DNA from: an uncultured Bacilli bacterium
GTDB taxonomy: Bacteria > Bacillota_I > Bacilli_A > RFN20 > CAG-826
DNA length: 64,000 bases
Direction: 5' to 3'
Assembly: GCA_944363525.1 (NCBI GenBank)
Contig: CALVUF010000003.1
Location: 173,776 to 237,775 of the forward strand
Within the stretch, counting starts at the first letter, position 1. Every line of letters starts with the position of its first letter. This document shows, piece by piece, positions 17,104-26,476 of this stretch. The position numbers and the translations under genes were made by a program. The notes under the pieces are model-generated. The model worked only from the letters and a program-made list of their open reading frames with translations. It was not told where the DNA came from and did not search any database.

Positions 17104-18833
17104 ATATCTACGATGAACGGATCGCCCACTTACGGGCGGAGATGAAAAAGAATGGGGTCAAGGCCTACCTCGTCTTAACCGGTGACCCCCATAACAGCGA
17201 GACCCCGCTTCCCTATTACGGGGCCGAGCGGAAGTTCTTTTGCCCCTTCACCGGCGACAATGCCTATTTGCTTATTTCTCAAGAAGCGGCTTTGCTTTGG
17301 ACTGATGGCCGGTTCTTCATCTCGGCTAAGCAGGAACTTTCCGGAACCTCCATTCAATTGATGGAGATGGGGACCCCGGGGGTGCCGACTCTGAATGAAT
17401 ACTTGGCTTCGAACTCCCTTTTCCCGTTGGCCACCTCCTTTCTCATCGCCCCGATCGGCTTCATTCAGTCGTTGAAGAAACTCGGGGAAGTCCAAGATCT
17501 AAGCTTTGATTACTTGGTTGAGCAGAAACCGGCTTTGCCTAACGATCCCTTGTTTGAACTGAGCCTAGACATCGCTGGCGAATCCGCCGGAAGCAAGATC
17601 GCCCGGGTCAAAGCCCAATTGAAGGCCGCCAAGGCCGTCCTTATCTCTACCTTAGACGACATTGCTTATCTTACCAATCTAAGGGGTCATGACATCCCTT
17701 ACGCCCCCTTGTTCCATTCCTATTTGTATTTAGGAGAAGAGGATATCCTCTTCGTCGATCCCTCCAGGGTCCCCGCGACTTACAAGGCGACCGAAGTCCG
17801 GCCTTTAGATGAGCTATTGCCCTTTTTAAGGACGGTGAAAGAGGTTCCGACGCTGCTCGATTCCAATAACCTCAACGCCGAGCTTTATTATTTATTTGCT
17901 GAGCCGATCGAAGGTCCGTCGCCTTCCCGATTGATGAAAGCCATCAAAAACCCGGTCGAGATCGCCAATACCATCGCCACCCAGATCAAGGACGGGACCG
18001 CCGTTCTCCGGTTCCAAATGGAACTTGAACGCCGCTTAAAGGAAGCGGGGCGAACCGATGAATGGAGCTTAGCCCTCTATCTCCATTATTGCCGTTCCCT
18101 TAACGAAGGGTTCATCGAGGAAAGCTTTGAGAACATTTCCTCGGTCGGGAGCAATGCCGCCATGATGCATTATGCCCCGAGCGAAGATAAATACTCCCCC
18201 GTGACCACGGATTCCATCGCCTTATTGCTCGATTCCGGCGGCACTTATTTCGGCGGGACGACCGATACCACCCGGACCTTCCCGATTAAGCCGACGGATG
18301 AATTCATGCATGACTACACCTTGACCTTGAAATCGCTCATCGCCTTGTCAAAAGCCGTCTTCATTGCCGGCAGCAACGGGCGGTGCTTAGATGGGCTGGC
18401 CCGGGAAGTGATGTGGGAGGAGGGGCTTGATTACAAATGCGGGACTGGCCACGGGGTCGGGTATATGAACGTGGTCCACGAAGGGCCGAACGCTTTCCGT
18501 TATAAAGACGCCGGCCGCCATGATGGGGCCGACATCGTCCCGGGGATGATCACCACCGTCGAGCCCGGGGTCTACAAAGAAGGGAAATACGGGATCCGGA
18601 TCGAGAATAACCTCCTCTGCGTCCCGGCCTTTAGCAACGAATGCGGGACCTTCTATAAATTCAAGACCATCACCTACGTCCCAATTGAAACCAGCTGCCT
18701 CGATAAATCGCTGTTGACCCAAGAAGAAAAAGATTGGCTCAATAACTATCACGCCGAAGTCAAAGAAAAACTCTCCCCCTTATTGAACGCGGAGGAGAGG
18801 GAATACCTAGCGAAGAAGACGAAGGCTATTTGA
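17100..18833 (+). CDS. Xaa-Pro aminopeptidase (M24B family, aminopeptidase P-like)
   Basis: N-terminal creatinase/prolidase-like domains and a C-terminal pita-bread domain with HGVGYMNVVHEGP, VEPGVYKEG and IRIENNLLC. An AGGAG ribosome-binding site precedes the start. Confidence 0.85.
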   Translation: MNIYDERIAHLRAEMKKNGVKAYLVLTGDPHNSETPLPYYGAERKFFCPFTGDNAYLLISQEAALLWTDGRFFISAKQELSGTSIQLMEMGTPGVPTLNEYLASNSLFPLATSFLIAPIGFIQSLKKLGEVQDLSFDYLVEQKPALPNDPLFELSLDIAGESAGSKIARVKAQLKAAKAVLISTLDDIAYLTNLRGHDIPYAPLFHSYLYLGEEDILFVDPSRVPATYKATEVRPLDELLPFLRTVKEVPTLLDSNNLNAELYYLFAEPIEGPSPSRLMKAIKNPVEIANTIATQIKDGTAVLRFQMELERRLKEAGRTDEWSLALYLHYCRSLNEGFIEESFENISSVGSNAAMMHYAPSEDKYSPVTTDSIALLLDSGGTYFGGTTDTTRTFPIKPTDEFMHDYTLTLKSLIALSKAVFIAGSNGRCLDGLAREVMWEEGLDYKCGTGHGVGYMNVVHEGPNAFRYKDAGRHDGADIVPGMITTVEPGVYKEGKYGIRIENNLLCVPAFSNECGTFYKFKTITYVPIETSCLDKSLLTQEEKDWLNNYHAEVKEKLSPLLNAEEREYLAKKTKAI

Positions 18834-19362
18834 ACTCGTAACGCTTGATCTCGCAGTTATCGATTAAGTAGGAGATGAACTGCTCGTTTTCCATATCGTC
18901 GACGAAATAGGCGTTGACGATGCGGGAGATGCCCCCATGGGCGACTAAAAGGATATCTTTGTCTTTATAGTTCTTTTTCAGGTAATCAAGGAACGGGAAG
19001 ACCCGGGCGGCGACGTCGAGGTAGGATTCCCCATTCGGGTAGCGGTGGGCGAAGCTCGACCGTTGCTTGAAATAATCCTCCCCATGCCGGCTTTTGCCCT
19101 CGAAGTCGCCATAATGCTCTTCCCGGAGGGCGTCGACGAATTGAATGTCGAGATGATGGGCCTCGTTGATGATCTCGGCGGTTTTCTTAGCCCTTATTAA
19201 GGGGGAGGAGAAAATCAAATCGAGATGGACGTCTTTAAGCTTATCGCGGGTCGCCTCGGCCTGCTTGATCCCCGTCTGGTCTAAGGGGGCGTCGATGCTC
19301 CCTTGGATTTTGTAAGCGAGGTTATAGGCCGTCTGGCCGTGGCGAACATAATAGATAGACAT
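18826..19362 (-). CDS. Histidine phosphatase (phosphoglycerate mutase-like) family protein
   Basis: The RHGQT catalytic motif sits right after the candidate start MSIYYVRHGQTAYN. The longer ORF-track start at 19434 would overlap the divergent alpha-galactosidase start, so I prefer 19362. Confidence 0.7.
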   Translation of the reverse strand: MSIYYVRHGQTAYNLAYKIQGSIDAPLDQTGIKQAEATRDKLKDVHLDLIFSSPLIRAKKTAEIINEAHHLDIQFVDALREEHYGDFEGKSRHGEDYFKQRSSFAHRYPNGESYLDVAARVFPFLDYLKKNYKDKDILLVAHGGISRIVNAYFVDDMENEQFISYLIDNCEIKRYEFK

Positions 19363-19405
19363 AAGCAAAAGCGATAACATTATTACGATACACGGAGCAA
19401 GCAAC

Positions 19406-21673
19406 ATGATAAAGGCCATTGGAAGCGCATTCATCCTGACTAATGAGGTGGCGAGTTACGTCATCTATATCCACGATCGTCGCCCGACCCTCCTCCATTA
19501 CGGGGGCAAGGTCAAAGAGAGCGACATCCCCTCCTTGAACCTCGATTATTCGATTCCGACCGGCCGGGCGGTATATAGCGATGGCGAGACGACGCTGAAC
19601 CTCGTCCCCTTAGAGGTCTCGGGCCTTGGCAAAGGCGATTACCTTACCCCTTCTTATAGCTTAGAAAGAAATGGGAAAACCGTCTTCGATTTCCGTTATG
19701 CCGATTATTGGATCAACGAGGAGGCCGACCGCTCGAATCCCTTCCCTTTGCCCCGGGGCGGGGAGGAATTGGTCTTGCTCCTGCGCGACAAAGAAGGCCA
19801 GGCGTCCTTGGAACTTCATTACATTGTTTATCCCAAGGCTATTGCCCGTTATGCCACCATCCATAACGAAGGGGCTGAGGTCCTTTATATCAATCACCTG
19901 GCTTCCTTCTCCCTCGATTTCCCTTATCTTGGGCAAAAGGGCTATTTCCTTTCTTCCAGTTGGGGCGCCGAAGCCCAAGCCGAATTGCTCGATCTCCCCA
20001 AAGGCGAATTGAAGTTCAAAGGCTTGACCGGGGCCTCTTCCGATTGCTTCAACCCCTTCTTCGCCATCTTCGGCCCCGAAGCGACCAAAGACGAAGGCGA
20101 GGCCTATGGCTTCAACCTTATGTATTCCGGCTCCTACGAGATCTCGGTGAGCCGCGATTCCTTTTACCGGCTAAGAGTCCAAGAAGGGCTTCCTTCAACC
20201 GATTTCCATTACGGGGTCAAATGCAATAAGACCTTCTATTCGCCGGTGGCCGTCTTGACCTATTCCGATCAGGGGGCCAATGGCTTAAGGAAAGCCAATG
20301 CCGACTTTATCCATAATCACGTCATAAGGGAACGATTCGTCAACGTCCCCCGACCGATCGTCTACAACAACTGGGAGGCGACTTTCTTCGATTTCAGCAC
20401 CTTGAAGATCCATTCCTTGGTTGACCAGGCGGCCGACCTTGGGGTCGAGCTCTTCGTCTTAGATGACGGCTGGTTCGGCAAGCGGAACGACGATAAGTCT
20501 GGCTTAGGCGATTGGACGGTCAATAAGAGGAAAGTGCTCGGAGGGATGGCGGCTTTAGCCGATTTCGTCCACGAAAGGGGGCTGAAGTTCGGCCTTTGGT
20601 TCGAGCCGGAGATGGTCAATCCCGATTCCGACCTCTATCGGGCCCATCCGGAATATGTCTTAAGCGAGCGGAAGGAACCGGCCTTGTGCCGTAATCAATT
20701 GATCCTCGATTTACGGCAAGCCTCCGTCCAGGACTTCTTGGTCGAGACCATCGTCAACGCCGTTAAGGATTATCATCTCGACTATATTAAGTGGGACTGC
20801 AACCGGGCCTTCTCCGACATCGATCAAGCGGCCATCTACGATTATTACCTTGGACTCTATAAAGTCTTGGGTCGGATCGTTGGGCAATGCCCCGATACCC
20901 TTTTCGAGAACTGCGCCTCTGGGGGGATGCGGTTCGACCTCGGGATGATGTCCTTCTTCCCCTATACCTGGGTGAGCGACGACACCGATTCCTATGAACG
21001 GGCGAAGATCCAAAGGGCTTTGTCGCTTGGCTATCCTTTTTCAACCTTCTCCAATCACGTCTCGGCCAAAATATCCCATCAGATGTTCCGGAAGACCACC
21101 TTCGGGACCAAGTTCGACGTGGCGATGCTGGGGGCGCTCGGCTATGAATTGGACCTTAATCACCTCTCCGGCTTAGACCAAGAGGAGATCAAGGAACAGA
21201 TCGCCTTTTACAAAAAGCATCGGGATTTAGCCCTTTATGGCGACCCGGTCGATCTTTCGTTCGGGGAGAACATCGTCATGGCCTCGAAAAAGGGCGACGA
21301 GATGCTCATTAGTTTCTGCTCGGGGGTCAATCACCCGTTGCCGAGCCTTGAGATCCTCCGGGTCAAAGGACTCGAGGAAGAAGCCGATTACTCCATCGCC
21401 ACCCGCCCGGAATACTTCGATATCCGCGACTTCGGCGATATGGTCAATCAGATCTCCCCGGTCAAGCTCAAACCCGATGGGGTGGTGGCCAATGCGGTGA
21501 GCAAAGTCTACCGTTATCCGAGTGAGACGACTGAGGTCACCTTAAGCGGGGCGGCCTTGGCCCATTCGGGTTTGAAACTCGGGATGAAATGGTCGGGGTC
21601 CGGGATATCGAAAACCGGGCGGATCATGTTCGATTTCTCAGCCCGGGCTTATTACCTCAGCAAGGCGAAATAA
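19406..21673 (+). CDS. GH36 alpha-galactosidase (melibiase)
   Basis: 755 aa with LDDGWFGKRNDDKSGLGDW, KWDCNR and a C-terminal beta-sandwich. Size and motifs are typical of the AgaA/GalA type. Confidence 0.85.
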   Translation: MIKAIGSAFILTNEVASYVIYIHDRRPTLLHYGGKVKESDIPSLNLDYSIPTGRAVYSDGETTLNLVPLEVSGLGKGDYLTPSYSLERNGKTVFDFRYADYWINEEADRSNPFPLPRGGEELVLLLRDKEGQASLELHYIVYPKAIARYATIHNEGAEVLYINHLASFSLDFPYLGQKGYFLSSSWGAEAQAELLDLPKGELKFKGLTGASSDCFNPFFAIFGPEATKDEGEAYGFNLMYSGSYEISVSRDSFYRLRVQEGLPSTDFHYGVKCNKTFYSPVAVLTYSDQGANGLRKANADFIHNHVIRERFVNVPRPIVYNNWEATFFDFSTLKIHSLVDQAADLGVELFVLDDGWFGKRNDDKSGLGDWTVNKRKVLGGMAALADFVHERGLKFGLWFEPEMVNPDSDLYRAHPEYVLSERKEPALCRNQLILDLRQASVQDFLVETIVNAVKDYHLDYIKWDCNRAFSDIDQAAIYDYYLGLYKVLGRIVGQCPDTLFENCASGGMRFDLGMMSFFPYTWVSDDTDSYERAKIQRALSLGYPFSTFSNHVSAKISHQMFRKTTFGTKFDVAMLGALGYELDLNHLSGLDQEEIKEQIAFYKKHRDLALYGDPVDLSFGENIVMASKKGDEMLISFCSGVNHPLPSLEILRVKGLEEEADYSIATRPEYFDIRDFGDMVNQISPVKLKPDGVVANAVSKVYRYPSETTEVTLSGAALAHSGLKLGMKWSGSGISKTGRIMFDFSARAYYLSKAK

Positions 21674-21677
21674 GTGC

Positions 21678-21706
21678 GAGGCGGGGCTGGGGGCTCCGCC
21701 TTTTAC
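21678..21706. terminator. Rho-independent terminator after the alpha-galactosidase gene
   Basis: aggcggggc...gctccgcct stem followed by TTTT. Confidence 0.6.
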
Positions 21707-21764
21707 TTATCTAAGTCGCGAAACAATTCGCCGGCGTCGCGATAGACTTTGGCCTTGGGATCGG

Positions 21765-21818
21765 TCAATAGGGGAAAAGGACTAAGGATGAGAGACCTAG
21801 GATCAACGCTTTCTTCAT
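21765..21818 (-). CDS. Candidate small ORF, 17 aa, MKKALILGLSSLVLFPY, possibly the remnant of a signal peptide
   Basis: A GGAGG (21827-21831 on the minus strand) lies 8 nt upstream of the ATG. A TGA stop follows, but the next frame continues for 22 codons to a TAA placed directly before the terminator. Confidence 0.25.
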   Translation of the reverse strand: MKKALILGLSSLVLFPY

Positions 21819-21929
21819 GATTGCTTCCTCCAGCCGATATTTAGGCTTCTGTTGAAGTTAAGTCAAACTCTACCTAAAAAACCTTCCGATCGAAGGAAGG
21901 GGAAAACTGATAAAACAAGGGGGATTTGC

Positions 21930-22571
21930 TTAGATATCGCTTTCCTTATCCTGCAATTCCGGGACGAAAAGCAAAGCCAAATAAAGCAACGGGATCAGCA
22001 AGAAAAGGAACATCCAATAGCCTTGGTAAAAGACGAAGGCCAGGCATTCGGGGAGAAAGGCGAAAATAAAGGAGAAGAGGAAGAAGAGGATGCCCAAGCG
22101 GACGGTTTTCTCCTCCTCGCTTCTGAAGGCGGGGATTATCAATCGGACCATTCGCATCAAATAGGCGATTAAGGCCGGGGTGCCAAGCAGGAAGGCTTTG
22201 GCTTCGGTGATCTCCCCGAAGAGGTTCCCAAGGGAAAGCAAGGATAAGCCGATCCCGAGGATGCAGAGGATGATCTCGATGATGTCGAGCGTCGCCCCGT
22301 TTTTCTCCCGGTCGGCTTTCGGGGTCAAAGCGAATAAAGGCATCCCGGTGGACGAAGCGCAGGTTAAAGACATCCCGGCCATGACGGCGATATAGACATA
22401 GATCCCGGTCGGCATCAAGCCCATCGCGGCGTCGGCTAGCTCCGGCCCCCATTCCTCCAATAGCCCTTTGGCTAAGCCGAGCAAGAAGATGACGGCGGTC
22501 GCCAAGACGAAAAGGGCGAGGCCGACGACGATGGTTAAACGCCGATAATGGGGGAGGTCTTTCTCAATCAT
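21930..22571 (-). CDS. Polytopic membrane protein, unknown function
   Basis: 213 aa with six predicted helices. It overlaps the upstream gene by 8 nt. Confidence 0.6.
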   Translation of the reverse strand: MIEKDLPHYRRLTIVVGLALFVLATAVIFLLGLAKGLLEEWGPELADAAMGLMPTGIYVYIAVMAGMSLTCASSTGMPLFALTPKADREKNGATLDIIEIILCILGIGLSLLSLGNLFGEITEAKAFLLGTPALIAYLMRMVRLIIPAFRSEEEKTVRLGILFFLFSFIFAFLPECLAFVFYQGYWMFLFLLIPLLYLALLFVPELQDKESDI

Positions 22572-23562
22572 AGACGACCTCCAAGCCGTCGAGTTTCAAA
22601 CTCACCGTCGCCTCGGCCCCTTCGATGAAAGGCAACGAGGGCGGCAAGTGACCAAGCGGGGCATTGAAGATCAGCGGGACGTTTAAGTCGCCAAGTATTT
22701 CCAACGCCATCTCCTTGAACCCGAGCCCAAACGCCGTCTCCCCATAATGGAGGGGGCGGCCGAAGATGAAGAGCTTGGTCGAGCGGAAATAGCCGGCTTG
22801 TTTTAGTTGGAATAGCCCCCTTCTGAAGGAGAGGGGATTGAGGTCGCAGCATTCGAGGAAGAAGATCATCTCCTTATCCTTGACGAAATCGGCGACTTTA
22901 TCGAAAGGGGTGCCGCAGATGGATAAGATGCAATCGAGGCAGCCGCCTAATAAGGTCCCATGGACTGGTCCGGAATAATTCTGTCCTTCGATCTTATTGG
23001 GCCGGCGATAGGAGCAGAGTTTCAGATACGGATCCTCTTTTTTGTTGCCATAAGTCCACTTCGGATAGCCTTCGACATGGTTAACCCCCGAAAGCAGGGC
23101 CAAGGCATCGGCTTGGTTGACCCGGGGCTTTTTCTCATAGAAAGAGGGGGCATTGGGGCCGTAGATGGCTTTGACCTCGCTTAGGATCGGCAATAGGAAA
23201 GAGAGGTTGGTGTTGTCGGAGAAGCCCATGAACCACTTGGGGTCGGCTTCTTTGATCTTAGGGAAATCGACGTAGGGCAGGATCTCGTTCATGATCTCCC
23301 CGCCGCCGACGGAAAGGACTAAGTCGGTTTCTGGGTCAAGGTAGGCGTCCATGAATTCCTTGGCCCTTAATTGAGCCGAGGCCGAGGCGATCGGATCATC
23401 GGCTAAATAGACGTTCGGCCCGACTTTGACTTGGTATCCCCATTTCCGGAAGTTTTCGATCGCGGCTTCAAGCCGGGTGAAATAGGGTTCGATATTGCAT
23501 CCGAAAGACGGGGCGATCAAGTTGATCGTTGAAGCTAAGCTAAGGAAAGGCGGGGTTCTCAT
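22564..23562 (-). CDS. LD-carboxypeptidase (peptidase S66, LdcA/MccF-like)
   Basis: GFSDNTNLSF is the S66 GxSDxTxL catalytic-serine motif. The likely start is the internal Met MRTPPFL, since the first 44 codons of the ORF-track call are low-complexity. Confidence 0.75.
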   Translation of the reverse strand: MRTPPFLSLASTINLIAPSFGCNIEPYFTRLEAAIENFRKWGYQVKVGPNVYLADDPIASASAQLRAKEFMDAYLDPETDLVLSVGGGEIMNEILPYVDFPKIKEADPKWFMGFSDNTNLSFLLPILSEVKAIYGPNAPSFYEKKPRVNQADALALLSGVNHVEGYPKWTYGNKKEDPYLKLCSYRRPNKIEGQNYSGPVHGTLLGGCLDCILSICGTPFDKVADFVKDKEMIFFLECCDLNPLSFRRGLFQLKQAGYFRSTKLFIFGRPLHYGETAFGLGFKEMALEILGDLNVPLIFNAPLGHLPPSLPFIEGAEATVSLKLDGLEVVYD

Positions 23563-23587
23563 CGGGGGTATTATCTTCCCCAACGGC

Positions 23588-24316
23588 TTATAAGTCGATA
23601 TCGGAGAGCAAATAGGTCTCGTTCGAGGCGCTGGTATCGTCTTCCGAGGGTTCAACCACTGGGAGTTGGGCTTCGTAAAGCTGGCTGGCCTCATCGACTT
23701 GCTCGTTTAGGCCTAACCGGAGGGCGCCGGCTCTCGAGATCTGGGCGACCCCGACCCCGACGGCGGCGACGAAGCAGGAGAAGATGCCGAGCAAAGAAGC
23801 GTAAAGCTGTTTCTTCTTTTTGGTCCGGATTTGGCCCGAGCGGATACTGGCGGCCAAGTTGGTGTCCATCATCATCGGGTTCTTATAAAGGATATAGCTC
23901 GATTCGAGGTTGAATTCCTCAAGCAGCCGGTCGATGAAAGTCAGCGTCGGGACCGCGTCGCCTAATTCATAGGAACGGAGGCTGCGGACTGAAGCGCCGG
24001 TTTTGACGGCGAGTTCGTTTTGGGTTAAGCCGCGGGCATTGCGGAAGAACTGCAATTGGACTGAGATGATTTCCGGATCCAAGGGCTTATTGACGATTTG
24101 ACTGTCGTTTTCCCGTCTGGCGAACAAATCGTCGAGGGTTAGGTTCAAGGCGTTGGCTAAGCTTGGGGCGACGAGCAAGGAAATCGAAAGGCGGCCAGCC
24201 TCGAATTTCGAGAAGGCCTGGGGCGAGTAGCCGACGTAGCTGGCTAACTCAGTCTGGGTGAGGCGGAGCAATTTCCGTCTCCGTTCCACGAATTTTCCAA
24301 TCGGTTCCTTTTTCAT
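23588..24316 (-). CDS. Membrane-tethered XRE-family HTH regulator (N-terminal HTH, second HTH-like segment, one TM helix, C-terminal extracytoplasmic tail)
   Basis: LRLTQTELASYVGYSPQAFSKFEAG is an XRE helix-turn-helix. LYASLLGIFSCFVAAVGVGVA is a transmembrane helix. A TACAAT box on the minus strand (24331-24326) lies 9 nt upstream of the ATG at 24316. Confidence 0.7.
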   Translation of the reverse strand: MKKEPIGKFVERRRKLLRLTQTELASYVGYSPQAFSKFEAGRLSISLLVAPSLANALNLTLDDLFARRENDSQIVNKPLDPEIISVQLQFFRNARGLTQNELAVKTGASVRSLRSYELGDAVPTLTFIDRLLEEFNLESSYILYKNPMMMDTNLAASIRSGQIRTKKKKQLYASLLGIFSCFVAAVGVGVAQISRAGALRLGLNEQVDEASQLYEAQLPVVEPSEDDTSASNETYLLSDIDL

Positions 24317-24434
24317 TGCCTTCGCATTGTAGGATAGAATTGGCAAAAGTTGATAAACTTTTTTGCCGGTTTTTGGCTATTTACCCAAACTAGATCGCCC
24401 TTTATCATTTAATCGATGTTTCCTGGAGGCAAAA

Positions 24435-25217
24435 ATGGTCGCGACTAATCCCTATACCCTTTTCGGCGTCGATTTCGGATCCAACCCCGGACAACGGGAA
24501 TTGATCCGCCAGATCAATGAGGACCCGGCGCGGAAGCCGGTCGTCTTCTGCGTCGGGGCGGCCGGGACGGGCAAGACCTTCGCCGCCTTAGCCGGGGCCC
24601 TATCCTTAGTAAGAGGCAAAGGGGCGAAGAAGAAATACAAGACCCTTTTCTACGTCCGCGAGCCGGTCGAGATCGGTCATCGGCTCGGTTACCTCAAAGG
24701 GACCGAGGAAGATAAGTACGCCCCTTACTTAGGGCCGTTGCTCGATAACTACAACCACTTAATGCAGAAAGCTAGGAATGAAGGGGTCATCCCGGAGAAG
24801 GTAAGGCAGCCGAAGAAGCTGAAGGGGATCTTAGAGGACGAGGACCTGATGCCCAAGGCTTATCAGAAGCTCCCCAACGATATCGTCCCCCTAGCCCCCG
24901 AGTTCATGCGGGGCCGGTCGTTCGAGAACTGCATAATCTTAGTCGACGAGGCCCAGAACCTGACCCTCGATGAACTGCAGACTTTAGTCACCCGGATCGG
25001 GGAATACACCAAGATGGTCATCATTGGGTCCCCCAATCAGATCGATATACCGGGGATGGACGAGGAGAACAACGCTTTCATGACCGCTTATAGGATTTTG
25101 GAACCGACCGGGCTAGTGGGGTATGTCGAACTCCTTAACCCGATGCGGTCCTCCTTCGTCGCCGACTTCGACCTCCGCTTCGTCGAATACAAGATGGCCC
25201 ACAAGAAGGGGAAGTAG
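24435..25217 (+). CDS. PhoH-like P-loop ATPase
   Basis: A GGAGG sits 5 nt upstream of the start MVATNPY. Walker A is GAAGTGKT and Walker B is ILVDEAQN, with IIGSPNQID near the C-terminus. Confidence 0.85.
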   Translation: MVATNPYTLFGVDFGSNPGQRELIRQINEDPARKPVVFCVGAAGTGKTFAALAGALSLVRGKGAKKKYKTLFYVREPVEIGHRLGYLKGTEEDKYAPYLGPLLDNYNHLMQKARNEGVIPEKVRQPKKLKGILEDEDLMPKAYQKLPNDIVPLAPEFMRGRSFENCIILVDEAQNLTLDELQTLVTRIGEYTKMVIIGSPNQIDIPGMDEENNAFMTAYRILEPTGLVGYVELLNPMRSSFVADFDLRFVEYKMAHKKGK

Positions 25218-25220
25218 GAT

Positions 25221-26429
25221 ATGGAAAAAGTATCGCAAATCAAATCGGATGGTTCGTTAGTTTTAGATTACGATTCCTCATACACTCGCACGGAAATATT
25301 CAAGGTGCTGCAAGAACTTTTCGGCGATCGTGTTAGGAAGGACCGGAAACAATTTATCGTTTCCAGTAAAGTCGCATTGCTTGTCAAAAACATAACTTTC
25401 CTTGGCCATTCTTGGACTGCCGACAAAAAGAGAATGCAACTGCCGGATTACTATCCGAAGTATGTTTTGGACAATTCAGGGAAGGGTCTTCAATCGGTTT
25501 ACCTCGGTATTTATCACTATCGAGATGTCCGGTTGTATGTCGTTTATGACCCCAATCAATTCATTGATAAAAAGAGTCACAATTCTTCAGCTCATGTTAA
25601 CGTCTTTAACTTGCAGTACGCCCAGTTAAACGGTTATTTCAGCAAGCGAGATCGCAATGGGAACGACGTTCGCGTATATAAAAAAGATGGGTTCGTCGAT
25701 TATATTAGTCGCTTGATTGCTGACGAGAAGGTTGATCTATTAAGTGAAGTCGACCAATTCCTGGCTAACTGTGCCACCGACATATCTAAATTCATTCCCA
25801 AGAAATGGAATGCGATTGAATGCATGAAGGAAATGCGTGACGCAGGATTCAACAATTATCGGCAAAACCGCTGGGAGGGATGGTATTTTGAATTCCTAGT
25901 TCAAAAATACTTAAAAGGAAACCCGACGTCTAAATTGGTTTGGCACAACGATAAAACCAAAGAAGGCATCGATTTCGATATGGTAATCAGCAAAGAAAAA
26001 GCGATTTACCTTGATCTTAAGACGCATTCTAGCGGCGATTCAATTATGGGAAACACAATCGAGAGTTTCGAAAAAGTTGTCGAGGATCACGATGGCCGAG
26101 TTTACTATTTGTGTCTGGACTTGAAAGCGGAAAAGGATTCTGACCACGGCTATGTCGCAACTAAATTTTGGAATACCCTGCGCGACCACCCGGAAACAGA
26201 CGAGGAAAAATTGATTAACGAGTCTGGGAAGAATTTCAAATACAGCGTGGAAGTCGTCGGTATTTGCCTTCTTTCCATTAATAGGATTAGTTTTGAAATC
26301 CTTAAACAGAAGCCGTTTAACCAAGGGCATAATTCCGACGGTAAGCCAAGGAAACCCAAGGTTAACGTGGCCAAGAAATACATCGATGACTTGACCATTT
26401 ATTATCAGGATTTAACTAAAGAAAAATAG
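25221..26429 (+). CDS. Putative Type II restriction endonuclease (402 aa) paired with the downstream m5C methyltransferase
   Basis: Its GC is clearly lower than its neighbours. It sits immediately upstream of the C5-MTase. GIDFDMVISKEKAIYLDLK is a candidate PD-(D/E)xK site. There is no similarity to anything else in the window. Confidence 0.5.
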   Translation: MEKVSQIKSDGSLVLDYDSSYTRTEIFKVLQELFGDRVRKDRKQFIVSSKVALLVKNITFLGHSWTADKKRMQLPDYYPKYVLDNSGKGLQSVYLGIYHYRDVRLYVVYDPNQFIDKKSHNSSAHVNVFNLQYAQLNGYFSKRDRNGNDVRVYKKDGFVDYISRLIADEKVDLLSEVDQFLANCATDISKFIPKKWNAIECMKEMRDAGFNNYRQNRWEGWYFEFLVQKYLKGNPTSKLVWHNDKTKEGIDFDMVISKEKAIYLDLKTHSSGDSIMGNTIESFEKVVEDHDGRVYYLCLDLKAEKDSDHGYVATKFWNTLRDHPETDEEKLINESGKNFKYSVEVVGICLLSINRISFEILKQKPFNQGHNSDGKPRKPKVNVAKKYIDDLTIYYQDLTKEK

Positions 26430-26476
26430 TTAAGAAAAAGCTAGCTTTTCTCGAACAAAGCTAGTACAATTGGGCT

